Shown here piece by piece: positions 27,665 to 36,895 of a stretch of 64,000 nt of DNA. The DNA lies in contig CADAXK010000008.1 of NCBI GenBank assembly GCA_902791865.1, positions 9,198 to 73,197 of the forward strand. The letters are read 5' to 3'. Position 1 is the first letter of the stretch. Each line of letters opens with the position of its first letter. Under the pieces are notes generated by a model. The model saw only the letters and a program-made list of their open reading frames with translations, did not search any database and had not been told where the DNA came from. A program made the position numbers and the translations under genes. Source of the DNA: an uncultured Bacteroidia bacterium (lineage in GTDB: Bacteria; Bacteroidota; Bacteroidia; Bacteroidales; ML635J-15).

Positions 27665-28966
27665 ATGAATTTCAAATTCGGCATATTATCGGCGGTAATT
27701 TCCATGCTAATGCTTTGCCATAATTTGTATGCGTTTGATTTTGAGCGTGATACTGTAGCATGCGTTGATCGAGTATATGGAAAAAACTTGAAAACCGTGC
27801 GTATGCATTTGCAGGACTGGGAAGTTTCGTATCCAGTGATGGAACTATACGGTGAGGTAGGACTTGAATTTTCATTTGATCAGATTGAATCGCAACCGCA
27901 GAATTATTACTATACCGTCATGCATTGCACCTACGACTGGAAGCCTTCGAATTTGATGTTTGTCGATTATGCTGATGGTTTTGATGAGAATGAAATTAGG
28001 AACTATGAGGAATCGCAGAGTACATACGTGCAATATACGCATTTTTCGCTAAACCTGCCAAACGATGATTTGCAACTGAAACTTTCTGGAAACTATTTGC
28101 TTATTGTATTTGTAAAAGGGCCTGAGGAAAGAATTGTGTGTACTAAACGTTTTATGGTTTACGAAAATCTTGTGACGGTTGAGGGGCGAGTTAATTCCAA
28201 TGTGTTTGGTGAGTTTAAAAAGGAGTACCAGAAGGTTGATTTCGAGATAATACCGAAGAAATATCCAATCTATAATCCGCTCGAAGAACTGAAGGTTACG
28301 CTTGTGCAGAATTTCCAGTGCGATGAGTCATACACCGAAATGCAACCATCGTTTGTCGGCAACGATTCGTATATTTTCAATTGGGAGGACAAATATCTGT
28401 TTAATGCAGGAAACGAGTACAGGTATTTCAATTTCAATAATCTGGAGCTAAATTCGGAATATGTTGAGCATATTGAGTATCGCAAACCGTACTATTACAT
28501 CGACCTTGTGCCAGGAAAATCGAAGTATTTCGAGCCTTATGCAAGCGACGAGGATATAAATGGAGGTTACATAATAAAGACCAACAGGCGCAACAACAAT
28601 AATTTCCCGGAAATCCAGTCGGAGTATGCCATTGTGCGTTTTCGACTGAACAATCCTTCGATGCTTGGCGGTGCTAGTGTCTATCTGTATGGTGCGCTTA
28701 CCAATTATGAGCTTTCGTCGCAATATAAGATGAAATATAACATGGAGGCACATTGCTACGAATTGCTTATGTTTCTCAAGCAAGGATATTATAACTATAG
28801 GTACGTTGTTGTTCCGGAGGGAGAAGGTGCTGGGATGGATAGGTTTTTCTTCGAAGGAAGCCACAAGCAGACCGAAAACGACTATTTGTTGTTTGTGTAT
28901 CACCGCAATCCGAGTGAATCGTACGACAGGTTGATAAATTACACGAAATTCAATAGCAGAAATTAG
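27665..28966 (+). CDS. DUF5103-like protein (possibly the T9SS plug-protein family)
   Basis: Signal peptide, about 430 aa, with GYYNYRYVVV and ENDYLLFVYHR near the C-terminus as I recall for this family. The assignment is from memory only. Confidence 0.5.
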   Translation: MNFKFGILSAVISMLMLCHNLYAFDFERDTVACVDRVYGKNLKTVRMHLQDWEVSYPVMELYGEVGLEFSFDQIESQPQNYYYTVMHCTYDWKPSNLMFVDYADGFDENEIRNYEESQSTYVQYTHFSLNLPNDDLQLKLSGNYLLIVFVKGPEERIVCTKRFMVYENLVTVEGRVNSNVFGEFKKEYQKVDFEIIPKKYPIYNPLEELKVTLVQNFQCDESYTEMQPSFVGNDSYIFNWEDKYLFNAGNEYRYFNFNNLELNSEYVEHIEYRKPYYYIDLVPGKSKYFEPYASDEDINGGYIIKTNRRNNNNFPEIQSEYAIVRFRLNNPSMLGGASVYLYGALTNYELSSQYKMKYNMEAHCYELLMFLKQGYYNYRYVVVPEGEGAGMDRFFFEGSHKQTENDYLLFVYHRNPSESYDRLINYTKFNSRN

Positions 28967-28967
28967 A

Positions 28968-29150
28968 GGGCTGACGCCTGTTTGATGGGCTAAAGCCCGT
29001 TTCAAGTAGAATCGCGCCATGGCACGATTCTATAAGATGATTCAAAAATTCGATGATTTGTATTGGCGCAATGCGTTGCGCCGATTGAGACGCAAAATTT
29101 TGTGTCTGTACAATAGAATATATTCATTGTGTTTCATAGGCAACGGTCTG
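28968..29150. repeat. Repeat-family copy
   Basis: GGGCTGACGCCTGTTTGATGGGCTAAAGCCCGTTTCAAG comes first. One 19-nt unit GCAATGCGTTGCGCCGATT follows at 29068-29086. The hairpin GAGACGCAAAATTTTGTGTCTGTACA is at 29087-29112, followed by the extension AATAGAATATATTCATTGTGTTTCATAGGCAACGG. Confidence 0.8.
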
Positions 29151-29225
29151 TTTGTCCCAAAATCCTTTCTTCTCAAAAAAAATCTTTGCCATAAAGAAAA
29201 ATAGTTGTATTTTTGCATCGCAAAT

Positions 29226-29309
29226 GCCCAAGTGGCGGAATTGGTAGACGCGCTGGTTTCAGGGACCAGTGTTCGCAAGGACGTGCAGGTTCGAGCCCTG
29301 TCTCGGGCA
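29226..29309 (+). tRNA. tRNA-Leu (anticodon CAG)
   Basis: GCCCAAGTGGCGGAATTGGTAGACGCGCTGGTTTCAGGGACCAG...GCAGGTTCGAGCCCTGTCTCGGGCA. Long variable arm, T-loop GGTTCGAGCC and an anticodon loop TTCAGGG. One A-C mismatch in the acceptor stem. Confidence 0.9.
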
Positions 29310-29310
29310 C

Positions 29311-29341
29311 AGAAAAAAGACGGATTCCGTCTTTTTTTTTG
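29311..29341 (+). terminator. Rho-independent terminator after tRNA-Leu
   Basis: AAAAGACGGATTCCGTCTTTT is followed by a T run. Confidence 0.8.
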
Positions 29342-29467
29342 TTTTGTGTATTTTGTTGAAAATCATGCGGATAGTAACTTTTTAAACATTTTGTGTTTGA
29401 ACTTTTCCTTGAAAAAACTGCGTAACTGATTGAAAATACATATTTTTGCAGTTTAACTTTAAATGCT

Positions 29468-29926
29468 ATGCGAAAAATTATCGCTATAATATTTACCCTT
29501 ATGCTGGCTGTGGCGCTATTCGATTCGTGCGGCAGATACGAGAACGGACCTGCCTTTTCGTTAAGGTCGGCAAAGTCGAGGTTAATTGGCGAGTGGTATC
29601 TCACGGATTTGTTAGTCAACGACAAGCATGAGCAAGCGCTGTTTGATAAGGAGTCGTCGTCGGTTGTAATATTGAATTATGACGGAACTTTTTCGTATTC
29701 GATGCCGGTGGTAAGATCGTTGAACGAAAGGTCGGGTTTGTGGTCGTTTGGCGAAGACAAGACAGAGCTGATTCTTACTGAAGTGGATTCTATAAATGGG
29801 AACAGCGAGCGCAACTACAAGATAACACGTTTGTCGAGTTCGGAAATGTGGTTGGTTAACGGCAGCGAGGAATATTCGGGATACGATGACCTTATTGAAC
29901 GCCATTTTGAAAAGAAACAAGATTAA
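29468..29926 (+). CDS. Hypothetical lipoprotein (lipocalin-like size)
   Basis: MRKIIAIIFTLMLAVALFDSC lipobox-like signal. Confidence 0.6.
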   Translation: MRKIIAIIFTLMLAVALFDSCGRYENGPAFSLRSAKSRLIGEWYLTDLLVNDKHEQALFDKESSSVVILNYDGTFSYSMPVVRSLNERSGLWSFGEDKTELILTEVDSINGNSERNYKITRLSSSEMWLVNGSEEYSGYDDLIERHFEKKQD

Positions 29927-29938
29927 AATACAATAGCT

Positions 29939-30499
29939 ATGAAAAACCGTATTTGTTTAATTGTCGTTTTGACACTAGTATTTGGGTTGTTTTTTTCTTC
30001 CTGCAAGAAATATGAAGAGGATTATGGACTGATGCTCAAGTCTCCTAAAGGTCGTCTGGTAGGCACATGGAAGATTACGCAGATTGATTCGGATACCATG
30101 TCGATAAAAATGTCTGATTATGCAATGTTTGGCGAGTTGCAGATGACTTTTAAGAAGGATGAGACAGGTTCTATAAAGTTCAAGGACAATGGTTTGGGCG
30201 AAATGCTGGGAAATATCGACTGGGATGAACTTATGGGCGAAATGCAGGATTCGACGTATACCGATAGCATTGACTATGGACCTGGAGACCTTGATTTCAC
30301 TTCTCTCTTGAGTACTGAGACGGGGTTCAAATGGGCTTTCGATGATAAGAAGGAATATCTGAAATTCAGCATGTACGACTCTACGTCAAGCGCATACGTC
30401 AATGTTGCCGACATGAAAATCCTTTCGCTTTGCAAATCGGACTGCAAGTTCCGCTACGAAGAAGATTCTACTAGGGTGGATGTTTCGATGCAGAAATAA
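29939..30499 (+). CDS. Hypothetical lipoprotein
   Basis: MKNRICLIVVLTLVFGLFFSSC lipobox. The GTWKITQID segment parallels GEWYLTDLL in the upstream gene, so the two may be distant paralogs. Confidence 0.6.
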   Translation: MKNRICLIVVLTLVFGLFFSSCKKYEEDYGLMLKSPKGRLVGTWKITQIDSDTMSIKMSDYAMFGELQMTFKKDETGSIKFKDNGLGEMLGNIDWDELMGEMQDSTYTDSIDYGPGDLDFTSLLSTETGFKWAFDDKKEYLKFSMYDSTSSAYVNVADMKILSLCKSDCKFRYEEDSTRVDVSMQK

Positions 30500-30536
30500 A
30501 TTTTCACATTTGCATTAAGGATATTTTGAAAAATAC

Positions 30537-30575
30537 TGTGGCTTTCTATCTTCCAGTTGTAGATAGGAAGCCACA
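30537..30575 (+). terminator. 15-bp stem-loop downstream of the 29939-30499 gene
   Basis: TGTGGCTTTCTATCT / AGATAGGAAGCCACA arms with a 9-nt loop. The T tract is weak. Confidence 0.55.
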
Positions 30576-30828
30576 ATTGTTTATGAGTTTGATAACTTCG
30601 TGAAAATATAATCGTATTAGTTGCGGATGTTCCAACCTATCACAACTTTTGGTTAAAACCAGCCGCACTTTTCATCATTTGTGGGGATTGTGTACCTATC
30701 GCGATAGGCATACTTTTGCAAAACCAAAGTTAATTTACATTTATTTACACAAACTCAAAAAACGATGAACAAACTATCATTTCAATAAAAACTGAATTTT
30801 ATAAGGCATACAAATCATCGTAAAAATA

Positions 30829-30858
30829 GGCTGTATCGTGAGATGCAGCCAATTTTTT
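30829..30858. terminator. Bidirectional hairpin terminator
   Basis: GGCTGTATCGTGAGATGCAGCC is flanked by an A-rich run on the left and a T run on the right. It lies 6 nt from the stop of the 30864-31826 gene. Confidence 0.6.
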
Positions 30859-30863
30859 GTGTA

Positions 30864-31826
30864 TCATCTCACAACCCATGTCGTACAATTTAGCAAACCG
30901 CCTTCCTTGGCAACATCGTTGTAATCGATTGTTTCAATTTTCTTGTTTGGAAATGTCCTTTGTAAGATTTCAAGAACTTGTCTATCTTCGTCCCGATTAA
31001 ATATCGGCATCACAATCAAATCGTTAACTTCCAAATAGTTCACATATATTCCTATTGCACTGTCAGGATGTTTCGGGTCTTTGATGTCAGTTATGAATGG
31101 CACATCAATGTAAGTAAGGTTGTATGTGTCAATGACTTTTTGCATTCCTTTCTGCCAATATTTGCATTCGTCTGCCAATTTGTTTCCAAGAATAGTGTTT
31201 CTGTCCGCAAATCTTACCATCCCATCGGCGTGACCTGTATAATCACCATTTTGCGCAGGTATGATAATAATCTCGCATTCAAGCAGTTTTGATAGTTCGT
31301 TTATCAGTGAATCCTTTTCATAATTTGGATTTTCTGAAAAAATCCTGTCCGACAATATTGCCCGTCCATCACAGATAAGAACATTTCCTCCGTCCAAGTT
31401 TATGTCCGAAAATGTAGCGTTGATATTATTCAACCGGCAAACTTCTTTCACATCGGAACGCGAATCTTCCCATTCCTTTTCGCCTTTCAAATAGCTTGGT
31501 TCGTACCGGAATTGTATAAACTTTCCCGATTCGGTTTGAACCGGCATATAGTCGCGGCACCAGATGTCCTTTGTCCCTTTAATAAACGAGTATTTCACAT
31601 GGTGCTTTTCGAGAATGGCAATCAAGTTCTTGCAAGTTTCGGGGTATTTGTCCATTAGCAGTTCCGACAAATAGACGGTTTGCTCGTTGTGCGGGTTCTT
31701 GTCTTTCATTTCAAACATAGGTTCATTTATTAAGTTGTTCTTTTTGTAAAATTCGTTACTGGTTGCCGCATCTGTGGATATGAAACAGACGATAATTCCA
31801 ATTAGTAATCCGAATGTAATTCTCAT
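30864..31826 (-). CDS. Agmatine deiminase / Porphyromonas-type peptidyl-arginine deiminase family protein, with signal peptide
   Basis: DGGNVLICDGRAILSD and the C-terminal GGLLNCTTWV (catalytic Cys region) match the family. The N-terminus MRITFGLLIGIIVCFISTDA is signal-like. Confidence 0.75.
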   Translation of the reverse strand: MRITFGLLIGIIVCFISTDAATSNEFYKKNNLINEPMFEMKDKNPHNEQTVYLSELLMDKYPETCKNLIAILEKHHVKYSFIKGTKDIWCRDYMPVQTESGKFIQFRYEPSYLKGEKEWEDSRSDVKEVCRLNNINATFSDINLDGGNVLICDGRAILSDRIFSENPNYEKDSLINELSKLLECEIIIIPAQNGDYTGHADGMVRFADRNTILGNKLADECKYWQKGMQKVIDTYNLTYIDVPFITDIKDPKHPDSAIGIYVNYLEVNDLIVMPIFNRDEDRQVLEILQRTFPNKKIETIDYNDVAKEGGLLNCTTWVVR

Positions 31827-31833
31827 TTTCTTC

Positions 31834-32178
31834 TTACTTTACTGGTATCACAACTGCAGATTCATCTAAAAAAGCACCTGGAATCTGTTCCACGAAATCA
31901 TATATTGTATTAACTATAAATTCCAACTTGTCGTAAGGGTATATTATATTGGCAGACTCCAGATGCTTGTTTATGGAACGACATGTGTCCTCAAAGTCCG
32001 CATAGTTGCCAAAACCAACTTCAAAGTCCCAGTAGTAAGCGAATCCATCGTTAATGGCATCCCATATTTCATCGGGAAGTTCAAAATCAATCTTGCTTAA
32101 TACTACCTTATGTAAGACAGGTTCCGTAAAAGCATTTTCCATCAATGGTGATATTATTTCAAAATTCTTTGCTTCCAT
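31834..32178 (-). CDS. Hypothetical small acidic protein
   Basis: ORF only. Co-directional with and close to its neighbours. Confidence 0.5.
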   Translation of the reverse strand: MEAKNFEIISPLMENAFTEPVLHKVVLSKIDFELPDEIWDAINDGFAYYWDFEVGFGNYADFEDTCRSINKHLESANIIYPYDKLEFIVNTIYDFVEQIPGAFLDESAVVIPVK

Positions 32179-32236
32179 GGCGGTTTTTGTGTTTAGTTGT
32201 TATGGGATATTGTTGACGGCAATCGTAATATTATTT

Positions 32237-32932
32237 TTATTCTTTAATACCTTCTCGAATAAACAACCATGGCCTTAAATCGGGTTCTTCTAATTTGTTG
32301 ATAACATATCTTTTTTTCTTTTCATCGTACTTGCATTCTCTTTTCGTGACATTTCGACGGGGAATAGATGGGTTCTTTAGTTTGCCTTTCTCAGAACATT
32401 CTTTCCATTCAATTGTTGGATTGTTTGGCGAACCAAGCATAATTCCATCATAAAACATATCATCAAAAATATGAGTTGAGCATTTGTCAAATGGAATAGT
32501 CAAATCTTTCAGTTTCCCTTCTTCCTCTTTTCTTAACAATCTATATGACCTAATAAGAAAAGAAGCTCTGTATTTCTTTTTTTCGTTTTCAAAAGTCACA
32601 TCAACACCTGATTGATGCAGATTGAAACTGCCGAATTTAAAATATGGGTAACTATTGTTTAATTTATAGACTTTTGATTTTGAGGGATGTGCATTTGAAT
32701 GGTACATAATATAATCCTTGATTCCTCCTTCTTCCTCTTCATGATAGTATAACTCTATTGCTCCCAAATCAATTATGTATTCACCATTGATAAGGAAATA
32801 ACCATTACATAGGATTTTCTTAGCACAAGATTTAAAACATTCTGCTACAGCATCTTCGTTCCATACTCCTTCATTGCGTTTTTTTGTTCTTTCAACGTCA
32901 AATTCTTCTAAAATTTTTATCAATGCTTTCAT
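32237..32932 (-). CDS. Hypothetical protein (weak, speculative resemblance to the Mpg/AAG glycosylase core)
   Basis: The order AKKIL..G...GAIELYYHEE...DYIMYH...GSFNLH...ASFLIRS loosely parallels LLGK.L...GRIVETEAY...D.A.H...G..YVY...VLIRA of 3-methyladenine glycosylases. This is a by-eye comparison only. Confidence 0.5.
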   Translation of the reverse strand: MKALIKILEEFDVERTKKRNEGVWNEDAVAECFKSCAKKILCNGYFLINGEYIIDLGAIELYYHEEEEGGIKDYIMYHSNAHPSKSKVYKLNNSYPYFKFGSFNLHQSGVDVTFENEKKKYRASFLIRSYRLLRKEEEGKLKDLTIPFDKCSTHIFDDMFYDGIMLGSPNNPTIEWKECSEKGKLKNPSIPRRNVTKRECKYDEKKKRYVINKLEEPDLRPWLFIREGIKE

Positions 32933-33298
32933 AGTTACAAAATTTAAATGTTAGACTCCGCAAAAGTCTTTCAAAAAATCCGAACTGCCAAATCTTTTAG
33001 TGTTAAATATATGTTAAAGTAAGGTGTATTTATATACTTTTTTTTATTTAATATTTAAAAATTATAATCAAATAAAAATATTATTTAATAAATTATATTC
33101 GTATTTCTGCCCTACGATTCTGCTTATTTCGCCCTTCGACAGGCTCAGGGAGCGAAACTCAGTACACCGCATGGGGCGAATTGCAATAAAATCACAGCCA
33201 TCAAGTTGCCACCGTCCGTTCCCCCTTTGTTGATAAAAACAAAAAAATCAATTCGCCCCCAAATGCTTTTTTTACTAATTTTACAGCCATATTTTTAA

Positions 33299-35323
33299 AT
33301 GTATAACGCTATGATTACAAAGGAAGAATTTCAGAAGTTAATATTGCAGGGTATTCCCGACACACTGCCGGAACCTGCTGTGTATGAACCCGAAATAAAT
33401 CACGCACCTATAAGGAAGCAGATTCTTACAAACGATGAAAAGAAACTTGCAATAAGAAACGCTCTCCGCTATTTCCCGGCTAAATTCCACAAGGAACTTG
33501 CCCCCGAATTCAAGAACGAGTTGGAAACCTACGGCAGAATCTATATGTACCGCTTCCGCCCGAAATACAAGATGTTCGCACGCGACATAACCTGGTTCCC
33601 CCACAAGAGCACTCAGGCTGCTGCAATTATGCTTATGATTTCCAATAATTTGGATTATGCAGTCGCCCAGCATCCGCACGAACTTATCACATACGGTGGC
33701 AACGGCGCTGTTTTCCAGAACTGGGCTCAGTACCTGCTCACAATGCAGTATCTTGCAAATATGACCGACGAGCAGACTTTGGTAATGTATTCCGGCCACC
33801 CGATGGGACTTTATCCGTCGCACAAGGATGCTCCGCGCGTTGTGGTAACCAACGGTATGGTAATTCCAAACTACTCGAAGCCAGACCACTGGGAGAAATT
33901 CAACGCAATGGGCGTTTCGCAGTACGGACAGATGACCGCAGGCTCGTATATGTATATAGGTCCGCAAGGTATCGTTCACGGAACAACCATTACCGTCCTC
34001 AACGCTTGCCGTAAGATTGCTAAGCATGGCGAAGGTCCCGAAGGTCGTCTGTTTGTAACTGCTGGCTTGGGTGGTATGAGCGGTGCTCAGCCAAAGGCAG
34101 CAAACATTGCAGGTGTTGTAAGCATTTGCGCCGAAATAAACCCAAAGGCTGCCAACAAGCGCTACGAGCAGGGATGGGTTGACGAGATAATTGATGATGT
34201 TGACAAGGCTATCGATGCTGCTCTCGAATGGCAGAAGAAGAAACAGGCTCACTCGATTGCATATCTTGGCAATGTCGTTGACTTGTGGGAACGCCTTGCC
34301 TCTCGTGGCATAAAGGTTGACCTCGGCAGCGACCAGACTTCGCTTCACAATCCGTGGGCTGGCGGTTACTATCCAGTAGGACTTTCGTACGAGCAGTCAA
34401 TCGAAATGATGGCTCACAGTCCCGAAAAGTTCAAGGAAGCAGTTCAGGCATCGTTGAGACGTCAGGTTGATGCAATCAACAAGTTGACTGCAAAGGGAAT
34501 GTATTTCTTCGACTATGGAAACGCCTTCCTGCTCGAAAGTTCGCGCGCTGGCGCCGACATTATGGCACCCAATGGCATCGACTTCCGCTATCCATCGTAT
34601 GTTCAGGATATTATGGGGCCAATGTGCTTCGACTACGGTTTCGGTCCGTTCCGCTGGGTTTGCACATCGAGCCTTCCCGAAGATTTGGAAGTCACCGACA
34701 ACCTTGCAATGCAGGTTTTGGAAGACATCGCGAAGGACGCTCCTGCAGAAATTTCACAGCAGATGCGCGACAATATCCGCTGGATTAGCGAGGCTAAGAA
34801 GAACAAGCTTGTCGTTGGTTCGCAGGCTCGTATCCTTTACGCCGATGCCGAAGGCCGTATCAAAATTGCAAAGGCATTCAACGATGCTATCCGCGATGGC
34901 CGCCTGAAACAGCCCGTTGTGCTTGGTCGCGACCACCACGATGTTTCGGGCACCGACTCGCCGTTCCGCGAGACTTCCAACATTTACGATGGCAGTAAGT
35001 TTACCGCCGATATGGCAATCCAGAATGTTATTGGCGACTCGTTCCGCGGTGCAACTTGGGTTTCTATCCACAACGGCGGTGGAGTTGGCTGGGGCGAAGT
35101 TATCAATGGTGGCTTCGGTATGGTTCTCGACGGCAGCCCAGAGGCAGAGCGCAGGTTGAAACTTATGCTTCTGTGGGATGTCAACAATGGAATCAGCCGC
35201 CGCAGCTGGGCTCGCAACGAGGGCGCAATGTTCGCCATCAAGCGCGCTATGGAGGAATATCCTGAGATGAAGGTTACAGTTCCGAATCTGGCAGATGACG
35301 ATTTGATTAACTCATTGTATTAA
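33299..35323 (+). CDS. hutU: Urocanate hydratase
   Basis: The full-length pattern and size (YGGNGAVFQNW, GLGGMSGAQP, GSDQTSLHNP, RDHHDVSGTDSPFRETS) match long-form HutU. Confidence 0.93.
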   Translation: MYNAMITKEEFQKLILQGIPDTLPEPAVYEPEINHAPIRKQILTNDEKKLAIRNALRYFPAKFHKELAPEFKNELETYGRIYMYRFRPKYKMFARDITWFPHKSTQAAAIMLMISNNLDYAVAQHPHELITYGGNGAVFQNWAQYLLTMQYLANMTDEQTLVMYSGHPMGLYPSHKDAPRVVVTNGMVIPNYSKPDHWEKFNAMGVSQYGQMTAGSYMYIGPQGIVHGTTITVLNACRKIAKHGEGPEGRLFVTAGLGGMSGAQPKAANIAGVVSICAEINPKAANKRYEQGWVDEIIDDVDKAIDAALEWQKKKQAHSIAYLGNVVDLWERLASRGIKVDLGSDQTSLHNPWAGGYYPVGLSYEQSIEMMAHSPEKFKEAVQASLRRQVDAINKLTAKGMYFFDYGNAFLLESSRAGADIMAPNGIDFRYPSYVQDIMGPMCFDYGFGPFRWVCTSSLPEDLEVTDNLAMQVLEDIAKDAPAEISQQMRDNIRWISEAKKNKLVVGSQARILYADAEGRIKIAKAFNDAIRDGRLKQPVVLGRDHHDVSGTDSPFRETSNIYDGSKFTADMAIQNVIGDSFRGATWVSIHNGGGVGWGEVINGGFGMVLDGSPEAERRLKLMLLWDVNNGISRRSWARNEGAMFAIKRAMEEYPEMKVTVPNLADDDLINSLY

Positions 35324-35332
35324 CAATATTGG

Positions 35333-35371
35333 TTTTCGGCTGTGCTTAAATGTGCAGCCGAAAACTTTTTA
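35333..35371 (+). terminator. Rho-independent terminator of hutU
   Basis: TTTTCGGCTG / CAGCCGAAAA stem followed by CTTTTTA. Confidence 0.7.
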
Positions 35372-35406
35372 TAGAACGATAGGATTGTCTAATTAAAACA
35401 TATATT

Positions 35407-36729
35407 ATGAAGCAATATACCCGTATATTAATAGCGTTTACACTCCTAATATTAAGTGGTGGCGTATTTGCACAAAATCTCTTCGACAGGGCAAAGTTGG
35501 ACAATTACTTCGGTAAACTTGAAGAAAACAACAAGTTTATGGGAAGTGTTGCCGTTGCGAAGAACGGGGAGATTATCTACACAAAAGCAATCGGCTATGC
35601 TGATGTCGAAAACAAGGTTAAAGCAACCGAAAAATCCAAATATAGAATCGGTTCTGCCTCGAAATCGTTTACGGCGGTTCTGGTTTTGAAGGCTGTTGAA
35701 GAAAAGAAAATAGACCTTGACCAAACTATTGACAAATGGTTTCCTACAATAGCAAATTCACAGAAAATAACTGTAAGGCATTTGCTAAGCCATAGGAGTG
35801 GAATACACGATTTTACACACGACGATGACTATCTGGATTGGTGTACGCAACCAAAGACGGAAAACGAAATGCTGGCGATTATCGAAAAAGGCGGCAGCGA
35901 TTTTGAGCCCGACAGCAAGTCCGACTACAGCAATTCGAACTATGTGTTATTGACCTACATGCTTGAAAAGACTTTCTCGAAACCATATTCCGACTTGTTG
36001 CAGGAATACATTGTCAAGCCAATTGGTCTGACCGACACATATATTTTTGGAAAAACCAACCCGAACAACAACGAATGCAGGTCATACCGCTTCTTGGGTT
36101 CTTGGAAGGTAGAAAACGAAACTGACTGGACTGTTCCGATGGGTGCAGGTGCAATATTGTCAACGCCTACCGACTTGACAAAATTCGCTGACGCTTTGTT
36201 TGGTGGAAGGCTTGTGGCAGATGAAAGTCTCGAAATGATGAAAACCATTAAGGACGACTATGGTCTCGGGCTGTTCGAGATTCCTTTTGGCGATAACATT
36301 GGTTTGGGACACACGGGGGCAATAGATGGTTTTGTTTCTGTTTATTCGCATTTTGACGACGGAAATATTTCGTATGCCATGACTTCTAACGGGCGTAATT
36401 TTAAAATCGGAGATATTAAAAAGGCGGTTTTAAGCGCAGTTTACGGCAAACCTTACGAATTGCCAGAATTCTATAATGTGGCTTCTGAGGATTTGGACAT
36501 TTATTTGGGCGTGTATGTTTCCAAGAAAATTGGTTTGGATTTTATTGTCACAAAAGAAGGAAACACATTGATTGGGCAGATTGGAGATGATGCTTTTTCG
36601 TTTGAAGCAGTTGACAAGGACAAATTTAAGTGCGACCAGTTAGGTGCAAAATTTGAATTTAATCCGAAAAAGAATGCAATGACTTTATTCCAGAATGGAG
36701 CGAAATTAGTTTTACGAAAGAAAGAATAA
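35407..36729 (+). CDS. Serine hydrolase, class C beta-lactamase / DD-peptidase family
   Basis: Signal peptide, an S-x-x-K motif (IGSASKSF), a Y-S-N motif (DYSNSNY) and HTGA near the C-terminal part. Confidence 0.85.
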   Translation: MKQYTRILIAFTLLILSGGVFAQNLFDRAKLDNYFGKLEENNKFMGSVAVAKNGEIIYTKAIGYADVENKVKATEKSKYRIGSASKSFTAVLVLKAVEEKKIDLDQTIDKWFPTIANSQKITVRHLLSHRSGIHDFTHDDDYLDWCTQPKTENEMLAIIEKGGSDFEPDSKSDYSNSNYVLLTYMLEKTFSKPYSDLLQEYIVKPIGLTDTYIFGKTNPNNNECRSYRFLGSWKVENETDWTVPMGAGAILSTPTDLTKFADALFGGRLVADESLEMMKTIKDDYGLGLFEIPFGDNIGLGHTGAIDGFVSVYSHFDDGNISYAMTSNGRNFKIGDIKKAVLSAVYGKPYELPEFYNVASEDLDIYLGVYVSKKIGLDFIVTKEGNTLIGQIGDDAFSFEAVDKDKFKCDQLGAKFEFNPKKNAMTLFQNGAKLVLRKKE

Positions 36730-36895
36730 ATATCCGGCGAAGTAAGGGAACCATCCCTTACGGATATACGATGTATCACCACAAAACATACAATAATGTG
36801 ACGGTTGAATGCCGTCTTTTTTTCTTTGTCAGCATAAAAAAATGTTATACCTTTGCGGCAAATGTTATAGCCATAAAATTTACCGCCATAAAATT

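Noticed and set aside
29173-29625. 150-aa minus-strand ORF, plus the 74-aa plus ORF at 29205-29429
   Set aside because: They overlap tRNA-Leu and its terminator, and no coding support exists.
33100-33298. Possible riboswitch or leader upstream of hutU (TTCGCCC / GGGGCGAA words)
   Set aside because: There are only short scattered complementary words, no convincing multi-stem structure, and no known hutU riboswitch class to compare with.
33338-34348. 336-aa minus-strand ORF
   Set aside because: It lies entirely antisense to hutU, which is unmistakable. It is a shadow ORF.
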